A DNA stretch of 45,356 nt from IMG/VR virus record IMGVR_UViG_3300037782_000160, positions 1 through 45,356 of that record; one strand, 5' to 3'. The translations under genes were made by a program, and so were the position numbers. Below, one piece after another: positions 8,999 to 17,139 of this stretch (its first letter is position 1; each line of letters begins with the position of its first letter). The notes below the pieces were generated by a model. It searched no databases, had not been told where the DNA came from, and saw only the letters and a program-made list of their open reading frames with translations. The DNA is from a virus (Duplodnaviria; Caudoviricetes).

Positions 8999-9283
8999 CT
9001 ATTTGGAGGCTCTGACCTCTGGCCTGTCCCGGAGTGCGGCTCGCAGAGTCATTGGCAACGCATCGTCAATGCCTTCGTATATGAAGTCTAGCGACAATCC
9101 ATATGTCCGCCGCAAGGCGAGGGCGCCGTCTACGGAGACCCGTTGCTGACCACTTTCCCAATTCGAGAGTTGTGATCTCTTGATGCCGGCCTTCTTGGCG
9201 TAGTCCTCCTGCTTGAGCCCCTCAAGGGATCGATGCCAGCGAATTCGCATGGCGATATCTGAGAAGGGTGCATCATCGGACAT
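8999..9283 (-). CDS. CI-like XRE-family repressor, no peptidase domain
   Basis: RIRWHRSLEGLKQEDYAKKAGIKRSQLSNWESG XRE HTH; divergent from the cro-like gene. Confidence 0.85.
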   Translation of the reverse strand: MSDDAPFSDIAMRIRWHRSLEGLKQEDYAKKAGIKRSQLSNWESGQQRVSVDGALALRRTYGLSLDFIYEGIDDALPMTLRAALRDRPEVRASK

Positions 9284-9299
9284 GCTTGGCACGTTAGTA

Positions 9300-9364
9300 C
9301 GCCATAGAAAATGGCGCGATGGACAATCGTATGGCTTGTCCAATGCCATATCATATGGCATAGC
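9300..9364 (+). promoter_or_regulatory. PR/OR control region with two operators
   Basis: CGCCAT-AGAAA-ATGGCG (9300-9316) and TGCCAT-ATCAT-ATGGCA (9344-9360); TTGTCC-N17-CATAGC (9336-9364). Confidence 0.75.
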
Positions 9365-9370
9365 GATCAT

Positions 9371-9664
9371 ATGGAACAATTCCCTGCGCTCAAAATCCTC
9401 GATGAACTCGACCCACAAGAGTTGAAGGATAGACTCGACATCAAAGACCGTTCCATCCGTTTGGTGCGCGAACGGAAGATATTTCCTGCAAGCTGGTATC
9501 CGACCATTCTTAGTCTATGTAAGGCTCGAAGGATCGAATGTGATCTGAACGCCTTCAATTGGAAAACACCTCCTCAAAATCAGGCCCTTAGCGAAGCCTT
9601 GCCACAAAACATGGCAACGGAGCAGCGCTCATTCAAGGGGCATAAATCTGAGGGCGGAAAATGA
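9371..9664 (+). CDS. Cro-like regulator
   Basis: Divergent from cI; LKDRLDIKDRSIRLV...IFPASWY pattern typical of alphaproteobacterial phage Cro. Confidence 0.7.
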   Translation: MEQFPALKILDELDPQELKDRLDIKDRSIRLVRERKIFPASWYPTILSLCKARRIECDLNAFNWKTPPQNQALSEALPQNMATEQRSFKGHKSEGGK

Positions 9665-9669
9665 TTGGG

Positions 9670-10092
9670 CTAAAGCCCACACTCCTCGGCGTACCGAAGC
9701 AGGTTGAGCCGAAGGTGGATAACGCTGATCAACGCGATGGCGTCAAGATCCTCATCAAGCGGCGTGATCGGCGAGATGTAGTCAACATCGACCAGTGGGA
9801 CTTCCTCAAGGCTTTCTGCTTGCCCGACATATTCCACCGGCCCAGTTCCGTCTGCGTTCAACATGGCCCAGGGGAACAACCCGAACTCGATTGGATGAGT
9901 GAGAGTACTCAAGGCGCCTTGATCGCAGAAGACCCAAACGTGCAGCCTTCGGGCATCCCCTTGATCGATCACCCACGGGCGATCAACGAGTTCGATCTCG
10001 ATACCGTCTTTGAACTCCGATGCTTCCCAGTCCAGTCCCTGCCCCCACGCGGGTGTCGCCAACAGGGCGCTAATCGCAATCGCTTTCCACAT
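9670..10092 (-). CDS. Exported protein with signal peptide (moron-like)
   Basis: MWKAIAISALLATPAWG Sec signal; opposite strand to the PR operon; TTGACA upstream at 10128-10123. Confidence 0.7.
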   Translation of the reverse strand: MWKAIAISALLATPAWGQGLDWEASEFKDGIEIELVDRPWVIDQGDARRLHVWVFCDQGALSTLTHPIEFGLFPWAMLNADGTGPVEYVGQAESLEEVPLVDVDYISPITPLDEDLDAIALISVIHLRLNLLRYAEECGL

Positions 10093-10385
10093 TTTTTCAT
10101 TCAGACGGTTCTGAGGGCTGTCTGTCAAGTATGCGCGGCGAGTCTTCCTTGCCTGGGTATCGTGGCCCGGGCTCAACCAGTCCGACCTGATCATGGTGGT
10201 TCGCCGCGTGGGATGAGAACCCATCATAGTAGCCACCAAAGGTCGGAAACCTGGGCCTGCGCGAGCCAGATCGCGCACCCAATTCTGCGGGGATTCCATC
10301 ACATCCTCCCGATGGAACCCAGAACCTCAAGGCGCGCGGGGTCTCTCCGCGGAAGCGCGCCATAACCTCACCTGTTGGAGAACTT

Positions 10386-10419
10386 GCCGGCGGCTTTATC
10401 GGTCGCCGGCCTTTTTCTT
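10386..10419 (+). terminator. Intrinsic terminator (tR-like)
   Basis: GCCGGCGGC-TTTATCG-GTCGCCGGC followed by CTTTTTCTT. Confidence 0.65.
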
Positions 10420-10433
10420 GAAAGGACACCGCC

Positions 10434-10883
10434 ATGAGCGATGCAGACGAAATCACATTGGATGCGGATAAGCTGCATTCGAACCTGCAAAAATGGAAAA
10501 ACCAGGACGCCAAGCGCGCGTCCGATGCTGGAGAAACCCGACAGTCGATTGGCCAATTTGTCGAAGACACGGGCGTCAACAAGAAGGCGCTGAGCCACAT
10601 TCGTCAAATCGACAAGATGCCGGAGGAAAAGCGCGCCGATTACCTGCGATCGTCAGACGCTTTGATGGCCGAAATGCGCCCGCATTGGGACGGCCAATCC
10701 ACCGCTGACATGTTCGATCCCGAGCATGATGACGCTGTTGAACCGCCAGAGGAGGCAGAGCCCGAAGCCAATGACCTGGCCGAAGACAACGTAACGGCCT
10801 TTGATCCCGAGGCTGAAACTGCGGAGTTCGAAGCCGAGGTGGACGGCCACTATGGCGACGACACCCCCGATGAGGCTGCGTGA
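10434..10883 (+). CDS. GapR (DUF2312)-like DNA-binding protein with acidic tail
   Basis: GVNKKALSHIRQIDKMPEEKRADYL resembles the GapR core; D/E-rich C-terminal ~55 aa. Confidence 0.55.
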   Translation: MSDADEITLDADKLHSNLQKWKNQDAKRASDAGETRQSIGQFVEDTGVNKKALSHIRQIDKMPEEKRADYLRSSDALMAEMRPHWDGQSTADMFDPEHDDAVEPPEEAEPEANDLAEDNVTAFDPEAETAEFEAEVDGHYGDDTPDEAA

Positions 10884-11407
10884 AAGTCCTCGCCTTTGAT
10901 ATCGCGACCGTGACCGGCGTTGCCTTGGGCGATGCCGGTCATGCCCCGCGTGCCTGGACGGTTGATCTTGGAGAGGGTCGCTCACGTGCAGCGAAGTTCT
11001 CCCGGGCCATCCTCATGGTTGAGACACTGGTCGACTACCACAAGCCGGATCTGATCGCCGTAGAGGCCCCAGTGGGCGGGCCAAAGACCTCGCACGATCT
11101 GGTTGGTCTCTGGGCCTGTGTCATCGGCGCCGCGCATAAGGCCGGATGCAAGAATGTCGAAAGCTGCAACATCGGGACCGTGCGCAAGCATTTCCTGGGC
11201 AAGCATCTGACCGCCGCGCATTTCCCTGGCTCGTCTAAGGCTTTCGCCAAAGCACAGATCAAGAGCGCGGTGATGAACCGATGTGCCGCGCTCGGTTGGG
11301 TTGTCGAGACACATGACGCGGCCGATGCAGCGGCGGTCTGGGATTACGCCTGCGCCAAGCACCACCCCACGCACCACACCACCACGATCGGGGGACTCTT
11401 CACGTGA
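10880..11407 (+). CDS. RuvC-like Holliday junction resolvase
   Basis: VLAFDIATVTGVA, IAVEAP, HDAADA acidic motifs. Confidence 0.8.
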   Translation: MKVLAFDIATVTGVALGDAGHAPRAWTVDLGEGRSRAAKFSRAILMVETLVDYHKPDLIAVEAPVGGPKTSHDLVGLWACVIGAAHKAGCKNVESCNIGTVRKHFLGKHLTAAHFPGSSKAFAKAQIKSAVMNRCAALGWVVETHDAADAAAVWDYACAKHHPTHHTTTIGGLFT

Positions 11408-11556
11408 CAGAAGAACAGATCATCAGGAAACGGCTCGCGAAGGGCTATGGCACGGAAGACATCGTTGTGATGGATCGGATCTGTCTCCAGAAGGTCAGGT
11501 TTGTCATCCGAAAACTGCGTGCCACCGGGATTCTCGAGGCGATTTATCGTGTATAG
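11404..11556 (+). CDS. Small HTH-like protein (50 aa, not in ORF track)
   Basis: Manual translation MTEEQIIRKRLAKGYGTEDIVVMDRICLQKVRFVIRKLRATG...; GTGA overlap. Confidence 0.6.
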   Translation: MTEEQIIRKRLAKGYGTEDIVVMDRICLQKVRFVIRKLRATGILEAIYRV

Positions 11557-12994
11557 TCAGCCTCATAACATCGATTGCGAACAGCAAGTTTTGGGCGGGC
11601 TCCTACATCAAAACGGGCTCCTCAACGCGCTTGCCGATGTGCCGCCAGAGGCGTTCTTTGACCCGGTTCACGGCCAGATCTATGCGAGCATCAGAAACCG
11701 CGTGGAAGACGGCGGTGTCGCTGATGCAACAACGCTGCGGTTCGAGTTTCAGGACCACGATGGGTTAACCAAGCTCGGCGGCGCGGAATACCTACTCCGG
11801 CTGCAAACCTCTGCCGTCGCGACGTCGATGATGCCCGATTACGTGAAGGAGCTCATGGCTCTCTTTGCGCGTCGGACGGCCATGGAAGCGCTGCATGTCG
11901 GCCTCGATAAGCTAGAACGCTACGAACCAGATATGAACGCGGAAACCGTGCTTTCGGATGTGGAGGCGCGGGTATCCGAAGCGATTGGGACGGTCCAACA
12001 CAAACCGCTCAGCCGAAGCTTTCTCGCTGGCATGACGGGCGCGGTCGATCAGATCAATGCCGCGCATCACTGCGGCGCACCGGTTGGGGTTTCTACAGGT
12101 CTCCGGCAGCTTGACGGCCAAATCGGCAACATGGGGGCGGGGGAGTATCTGGTGCTCGCCGGGCGTCCATCAATGGGAAAGAGCGCGCTCGCGCTCAATG
12201 TCGCGCTCAAGGCAGCGCAGCGAGGCGAGGGCGTCTTTTTTGCCTCGCTTGAGATGTTCGATGAACAACTGGCGATGCGTTCGTTCTCACAAATCTTGGC
12301 TGAAAAAGGTCAATCGGTTCCGTACTTTAACATGCGTCGAGGTGATCTCACAGATGGGCAGTTTGAGGGTGTCCTTCGCACCGCCCACGATATGACAGAC
12401 CTCCCGATCCAGACTTGTGACCCATCATGCCGGAGCCTGCCACGTCTGCGCGCCGCGTTGAACGATGGTGCGCGCCGGCTGCGGGCCCAAGGGGCGGAGA
12501 TGAAGCTGATCGTCGTGGATTATCTCCAGCTCATCGATCCCGTTGGGCGGTATCGCTCCGGCGACACAAATGCGCGTGTGTCGGCGTCGTCTGCCGCGAT
12601 GAAAGCAATGGCTGGTCACTACGGTTGCCCGGTCATGTGCCTCTCCCAACTCTCACGCCAGGTTGAGATGCGAGACCCGCCGGTGCCGATACTCTCAGAC
12701 CTGCGAGACTCCGGGGCAATCGAGCAAGACGCCGATACGGTGATCTTCTGCTATCGCCCAGAATATTATGCACAAAAACGGATCGACGCGGCCAAGGGCG
12801 CAGGTAAGGGCCCGGGTGATGTCGCGGATCTCGAAGCCGCGATCGCAGGCCAGCGCAACCAGATGAAATTGATCGTCGCAAAGCAGCGAACCGGGCCGAC
12901 CGGAACTGTGACGGTCCACTGTGAGATCGAGAAGAACGTGGTGCGTGACCTGGGTGATGACCCGGCGCAAGCGATGATGGAGGGATTCCGATGA
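11549..12994 (+). CDS. dnaB: DnaB-like replicative helicase
   Basis: PHNIDCEQQVLG, AGRPSMGKS, SLEM, VVDYLQL, LSQLSR, LRDSGAIEQDAD, KQRTGP. Confidence 0.95.
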   Translation: MYSQPHNIDCEQQVLGGLLHQNGLLNALADVPPEAFFDPVHGQIYASIRNRVEDGGVADATTLRFEFQDHDGLTKLGGAEYLLRLQTSAVATSMMPDYVKELMALFARRTAMEALHVGLDKLERYEPDMNAETVLSDVEARVSEAIGTVQHKPLSRSFLAGMTGAVDQINAAHHCGAPVGVSTGLRQLDGQIGNMGAGEYLVLAGRPSMGKSALALNVALKAAQRGEGVFFASLEMFDEQLAMRSFSQILAEKGQSVPYFNMRRGDLTDGQFEGVLRTAHDMTDLPIQTCDPSCRSLPRLRAALNDGARRLRAQGAEMKLIVVDYLQLIDPVGRYRSGDTNARVSASSAAMKAMAGHYGCPVMCLSQLSRQVEMRDPPVPILSDLRDSGAIEQDADTVIFCYRPEYYAQKRIDAAKGAGKGPGDVADLEAAIAGQRNQMKLIVAKQRTGPTGTVTVHCEIEKNVVRDLGDDPAQAMMEGFR

Positions 12995-13890
12995 GAAAGA
13001 GAGTACGCCGCGAAGGGCGCCAGTATGCCGCGATCCCGAATGAAGCGATGCGATCAAAGCAGATATCCCTCGAAGCGCGCGGGATGCTGGCTCTGATGAT
13101 GGGATATAGCGACGATTGGGTTTTTTACCGCGCGCATCTCATGGAGATCGCGGGTATCGGTCGCGATAAGTTTCAACGGATCATGGGGGAACTCATGGAA
13201 GCCGGATATGTCTCGCGCGAGTATGTGAAGGACGAAAAGGGTCGGCTTCTCGGGCAGACCTACGTCATCCATGATGAGCCGGTTTCCGAGAGCCTGAAAA
13301 GCCGGTCCTCGGCCGAGGGCCTGGATTCCCGACGGACGGGTGAACCGACGGACGGGTTTTCAGGCCCTATAAGAAAACCAGACTCTAAAGAAAACCAAAC
13401 TAAGGAAGAAAACCAATGCCCCCCAACCCCCAAGGGGGAGGATGATCTTTTCTCAGAATTTGAAGAGAAACAACGAAACGAAGATCCGCCACCTAAAGAT
13501 GAAAGACCAACTGTCGAAGAGCTGTTTAACGAATGGTGGAATCTTTATCCGCGGCGGCCGAACGATCCGAAAAAGCCTGCGCTGGCGAAGTTCAAGGCGG
13601 CGCTGCGAAAGGTTTCCTTCGATGATCTGATGGCGGCGACGCGCGCTTTTGCCGAAACCCGCAGAGGCGAAGACCCCAAGTTCACTCCAATGGCGAAGGC
13701 TTGGCTTCATCAGGAGCGTTGGGACGGGTTTCTTGCGGCGGCAGAGCCACAGGCGCCGCTACGTGATCCTGATGATCCGTTTGTTGGTCTACCGCCAGCG
13801 GTCTTGGAGATCGTCAACCTCGAGATCGGAGAGGAGGCGCGGAGACGTGCTGCCGCCGCGTATTGGGCGCGACGGGAGGCGGCAGAGTGA
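12991..13890 (+). CDS. Phage replication initiator (HTH)
   Basis: YAAIPNE...ISLEARG...ELMEAGY N-terminus; FNEWWNLYPRR...WLHQERW C-terminus; internal iterons. Confidence 0.8.
   Translation: MRKRVRREGRQYAAIPNEAMRSKQISLEARGMLALMMGYSDDWVFYRAHLMEIAGIGRDKFQRIMGELMEAGYVSREYVKDEKGRLLGQTYVIHDEPVSESLKSRSSAEGLDSRRTGEPTDGFSGPIRKPDSKENQTKEENQCPPTPKGEDDLFSEFEEKQRNEDPPPKDERPTVEELFNEWWNLYPRRPNDPKKPALAKFKAALRKVSFDDLMAATRAFAETRRGEDPKFTPMAKAWLHQERWDGFLAAAEPQAPLRDPDDPFVGLPPAVLEIVNLEIGEEARRRAAAAYWARREAAE
13286..13416. repeat. Iterons plus A-rich tract: probable phage ori
   Basis: CCGAG(A/G)GCCTG at 13286 and 13313, inverted copy at 13353-13368, CCGACGGACGGGT at 13329 and 13345, A-rich tract 13369-13416. Confidence 0.7.
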
Positions 13891-14087
13891 AAAACCCAAG
13901 GAACATTTGGGCTCTGAGTGGTTGGGAAACTCTTACGCGCGGCGAGAGGGAGACCTTCGAAGCGGTCTTTGATCGCGTAGGCGGAACCCGGCTCGATGAG
14001 TTCCAAGGCGTTTGTCGGGACAGATCGGTGGAAAGGATGATCCGCACTTTTCGGACTCGCGCCTATCCTTCGATGCTTTGGTGCTAG
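13887..14087 (+). CDS. Hypothetical protein
   Basis: GTGA overlap, GGAGG RBS. Confidence 0.55.
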   Translation: MKNPRNIWALSGWETLTRGERETFEAVFDRVGGTRLDEFQGVCRDRSVERMIRTFRTRAYPSMLWC

Positions 14088-14095
14088 GAGTTACG

Positions 14096-14350
14096 ATGCC
14101 TCGATTACCCAAGATCGCCACCCTCCGCTCGATCGAAGAGATCGAAGGGTTCGCATGGGGCGCTTCCATAAGTGGCCAGTTGCTCACCACAGACGAAGCC
14201 ACGGCGCTGGAAGACCGCTTGAGCGAGTTATCTGGCCATAGCGGCCGGGAAAGGCACCGGCAGGCACTTTCGGTCATTCGAGGTGCAATTGTCGCCCTTG
14301 AGTCGGACCTCGCGAGACCATCACCGAAACAAGGGGCGCTGCCGATATGA
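14096..14350 (+). CDS. Hypothetical protein
   Basis: AGGAG RBS before MPRLPK; ATGA overlap with next gene. Confidence 0.6.
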   Translation: MPRLPKIATLRSIEEIEGFAWGASISGQLLTTDEATALEDRLSELSGHSGRERHRQALSVIRGAIVALESDLARPSPKQGALPI

Positions 14351-14889
14351 GCATAAAGCCGACAAAACATGCGCAGAAAAGCATGAAAAGAGCGCAGGAG
14401 CAGGGCTGGGTGATCGTTGCTGCCTCGGACGAGGACATGATCTGCCGGTGTCCAAGTCGTGGCTGCGGTCTCAAGGCGCGCTTCAAGTTCGGTGACAATA
14501 TCCCGAGTTGCGATCCAGCGCTCAATCGCGACACCTCATCGATCCCAATCGGTAGTTTTTCGGATCTTCGGAAGGTTCTCCGAAGCAGGCGTGAAGAGCT
14601 GCGCTTGTCGATCAACGACACCGAAGAGATCGCGGGCCTATCCGTCGATCATATCGCGAAGATGGAGAAGGATCGGCCTGATCGGATACCCAATCTCGAT
14701 ACGATCATCCATTGGGCGAACGCGCTCGGCCTGGAAATCACCTTGCGACCAACTGAGATGACGCCTTTTGCGCTGCGCCGCTTACAGGAGACCCGCCATT
14801 TGGCCGAACGTCGCGGGCGCAGAATTAGTCAGCTTCGCCGTCGCGGCCCAAGTTCTTCCGGGCGTGGAGGGCAGCACCGCGAAGAGTAG
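14347..14889 (+). CDS. Cys-rich domain plus XRE HTH transcriptional regulator
   Basis: CRCPSRGC; LRSRREELRLSINDTEEIAGLSVDHIAKME...WANALG. Confidence 0.75.
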   Translation: MSIKPTKHAQKSMKRAQEQGWVIVAASDEDMICRCPSRGCGLKARFKFGDNIPSCDPALNRDTSSIPIGSFSDLRKVLRSRREELRLSINDTEEIAGLSVDHIAKMEKDRPDRIPNLDTIIHWANALGLEITLRPTEMTPFALRRLQETRHLAERRGRRISQLRRRGPSSSGRGGQHREE

Positions 14890-15172
14890 TTGCGACTTTG
14901 GCGAGCGACGTGGCGGTTTCGTCAATCGCTTCCATCATGATCACATCCGAATTTCGCTGTAGGGCCCAAGCGTGTAGCAGAAGGATCGCCATCGTTGGCA
15001 CCTCGGCAATCAGCCCGCGCCAGTTAGCGACTGTCGATGTCGCGGCGCCGGTATCGCGGCAAAACTCGGTGCCAAAGCGTTCCGTTCCATAGACCAAAGC
15101 TCCGAGACGCATGAACTCGTCACGCTTCTCTTCCTTGGTCATCTCTTCGATCTTGTCAGCGGTGAGGTGCAT
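14825..15172 (-). CDS. Hypothetical protein, possible HTH
   Basis: GAGGA RBS; FCRDTGAATSTVANWRG HTH-like segment. Confidence 0.6.
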   Translation of the reverse strand: MHLTADKIEEMTKEEKRDEFMRLGALVYGTERFGTEFCRDTGAATSTVANWRGLIAEVPTMAILLLHAWALQRNSDVIMMEAIDETATSLAKVATTLRGAALHARKNLGRDGEAD

Positions 15173-15233
15173 TGTTTTCGATCCTCGCGAGTTGTAGAAC
15201 TGCGCTACCGGGCAACCGGACTTTGCGCAAGGT

Positions 15234-15272
15234 GCCGGTCTCGTCTGTGGTGGGCGAGGCCGGCTTTCTTTT
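15234..15272 (+). terminator. Intrinsic terminator-like hairpin
   Basis: GCCGGTCTCGTC-loop-GGCGAGGCCGGC then TTTCTTTT. Confidence 0.5.
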
Positions 15273-15628
15273 CAGAGAAGGCGCTTGGGTCTTTCTCGCT
15301 TCTCGATCTGGCGTGAGACTCTGCGCGACAGGGCGCGCAGCTCCTCGGTCGTAGAGGCAATCACTCGCTTTTCAAACGTAAGCCAGTCGTATGCTTCCCA
15401 GAGTGCAACGATTGACGAAACCTCGTTCGTGTTTTCGAGGCTTTGACTTAGTTTCTTTATCAATCTCGCTACCTCCGACGAAGAGCGGTCGAATTCGTCG
15501 GTTTGCGACAGAAAAAGAGCGACACTTTGCAAGACCTGTTTGTGAATTCCGTGCGAACGACTCTCGATCGCGATGCGAACCTTATCGACAAGCCGTTGGG
15601 CTCGTTCCTTAGACTTGACCTCAGACAT
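15272..15628 (-). CDS. Hypothetical helical protein
   Basis: AGGA RBS; AT-richer codon usage than neighbours. Confidence 0.6.
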   Translation of the reverse strand: MSEVKSKERAQRLVDKVRIAIESRSHGIHKQVLQSVALFLSQTDEFDRSSSEVARLIKKLSQSLENTNEVSSIVALWEAYDWLTFEKRVIASTTEELRALSRRVSRQIEKRERPKRLL

Positions 15629-15753
15629 ATTCTTTCCTAGCTTCCGTGTCTTAGCGCCTCAAAAGGCCAATTTAGTTGCGGTATCCGTGCAGTCTGCTAA
15701 GTTTACGAGGTAACGCCTCATCAGCATTAGTTGCTGCATCATAGGGTGCCACC

Positions 15754-16188
15754 TCAACCGGCAGCCTCGGGCAGTTTCTCCCATAGCGCAATCTCAGCGG
15801 CGTCCTGCGGCCCGATCCAATCGCTTTGATATGGCGTTTGGCCACCGTCATCGCATTGGCAAGACCAGTCTTCAGACCATTCTGCCCAATCTTCGTGGCG
15901 ATAGTAGTTTCGCCAGACGATAGGATTGCCACTGGTGTCGGTGTCGATCTCTGACCACGCGGGGCGCTTCAAGAGATCGGCCCGCGTTTTTGGGCTGCAC
16001 AGGTGGATTTGTGCACACGACGTCACGTAAGGAGCATCCCAACAATTGCCGTCATCGACCTCCCAAGCGGTGGCAGGGACATCCTCGCAGATAGCGATAG
16101 CCTTGGCGTCGCCAGCATTGGCAGCAACAACCTGGATAAAGGCGCTTTCAGTCACATCGCGAGTGAGGCAGATTTGAAAGGTAGGCAT
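15754..16188 (-). CDS. Hypothetical acidic protein
   Basis: GGAGAGG RBS; WSEDWSCQCDD motif. Confidence 0.7.
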   Translation of the reverse strand: MPTFQICLTRDVTESAFIQVVAANAGDAKAIAICEDVPATAWEVDDGNCWDAPYVTSCAQIHLCSPKTRADLLKRPAWSEIDTDTSGNPIVWRNYYRHEDWAEWSEDWSCQCDDGGQTPYQSDWIGPQDAAEIALWEKLPEAAG

Positions 16189-16191
16189 GGT

Positions 16192-16455
16192 TCAGCCCTC
16201 TCCAGTTTCAGCGTTGAAGTGATCGATGGCGCGGCGAAGAGCTTGTTCGGCGGTTTCGCCCCAAGTCGGTGCGGCGTGGAGCAAGTAGGAGATCGCATCG
16301 CTAACCGCGTCCTCTGGCTCAGTTCCCGTCATCTCGCGCACTGTGGCTGCGAGTTCCTGGCCCCAAGTCATCCGCTTCGCATTCATGTCGTCTGGGTCTT
16401 TGCCGCCATGGATTGGGGTCAGTTCCGCCAATGCAGCGCGTTGATATTCGGTCAT
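16192..16455 (-). CDS. Hypothetical protein
   Basis: GAGAGG RBS; DAVSDAISYLLH...ALRRAIDHFNAE motif. Confidence 0.7.
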   Translation of the reverse strand: MTEYQRAALAELTPIHGGKDPDDMNAKRMTWGQELAATVREMTGTEPEDAVSDAISYLLHAAPTWGETAEQALRRAIDHFNAETGEG

Positions 16456-16539
16456 AGGAAACCTCTCTTTGTGGTGGGTGGTGGTGTCGTGGTTCTGGCC
16501 CACGGGATGCCGCCCCGCGTGGGGGCGGACACCGATGGG

Positions 16540-17139
16540 TCAGGGCTGAATGCGAATGATCTTTGTGTGAACCTTGGCCGCCGCGAATGTGTCGCGCGGC
16601 AATTGCTCCAGCAACAACGCGCCCGGGTGTTTAAAGGTGATTGGCACAAGCGCTACCATCGTCGCGGGCTCTTGGTGTCCGTGTTGCCCCATGAGTGACA
16701 ACGCCGCTTGCACATGCTGCCGCACCTCGCGGAAGGGCGGGTTCATAATCACGCGCGGAAACTGGGCTTTGCCCCGCGCCTCTTCGGCGTAGTCCAGAAA
16801 ACAACGGTGGATCGTCGGGCCAAGCGGACGGCACAAAGCCGCTAGGGCGTGGTGCCGTTCGATCATTGTCAGTTCGCAAGGACTGTGACCGGACGCCAAC
16901 AGGGCCGAGGCAAGGGCGCCGGTGCCCGCGCTCGGCTCCAAGGTGAGATAATCCCCCTGCGGTCCAAGATATTCCACCATGCGTGCCGCGACGTCCTCCG
17001 GGGTAACGTGGCATTCTGTGGCCTTGTCTACCGCGACAGGCTCCGCCAGTTTTACCGGCTCGGGGCGGGGTGTCTCCCGGCGACGTTTTATCGGGATTGC
17101 AATGGGCTTGTCGGGCCGGGTGTAGACGCTGCGCTTCAT
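16540..17139 (-). CDS. Compact SAM-dependent amino-methyltransferase
   Basis: LEPSAGTG (motif I), IMNPPF (motif IV); ATGA-coupled to the DUF3560 gene. Confidence 0.85.
   Translation of the reverse strand: MKRSVYTRPDKPIAIPIKRRRETPRPEPVKLAEPVAVDKATECHVTPEDVAARMVEYLGPQGDYLTLEPSAGTGALASALLASGHSPCELTMIERHHALAALCRPLGPTIHRCFLDYAEEARGKAQFPRVIMNPPFREVRQHVQAALSLMGQHGHQEPATMVALVPITFKHPGALLLEQLPRDTFAAAKVHTKIIRIQP

Noticed and set aside
8690-9149. ORFs 8690-8944, 8693-8902 and 8907-9149 around the cI 3' end
   Set aside because: No recognisable motifs or good RBS, and one is antisense to cI; cannot be supported
9661-10365. 234-aa + strand ORF coupled to cro
   Set aside because: Reads as the antisense shadow of the signal-peptide gene and runs through the hairpin array
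15690-15730. Second hammerhead-like string on the - strand (CTGATGAG...CGTAAAC)
   Set aside because: GAAA core is interrupted (GTAAAC), stem II and stems I/III cannot form; it folds better as a simple hairpin
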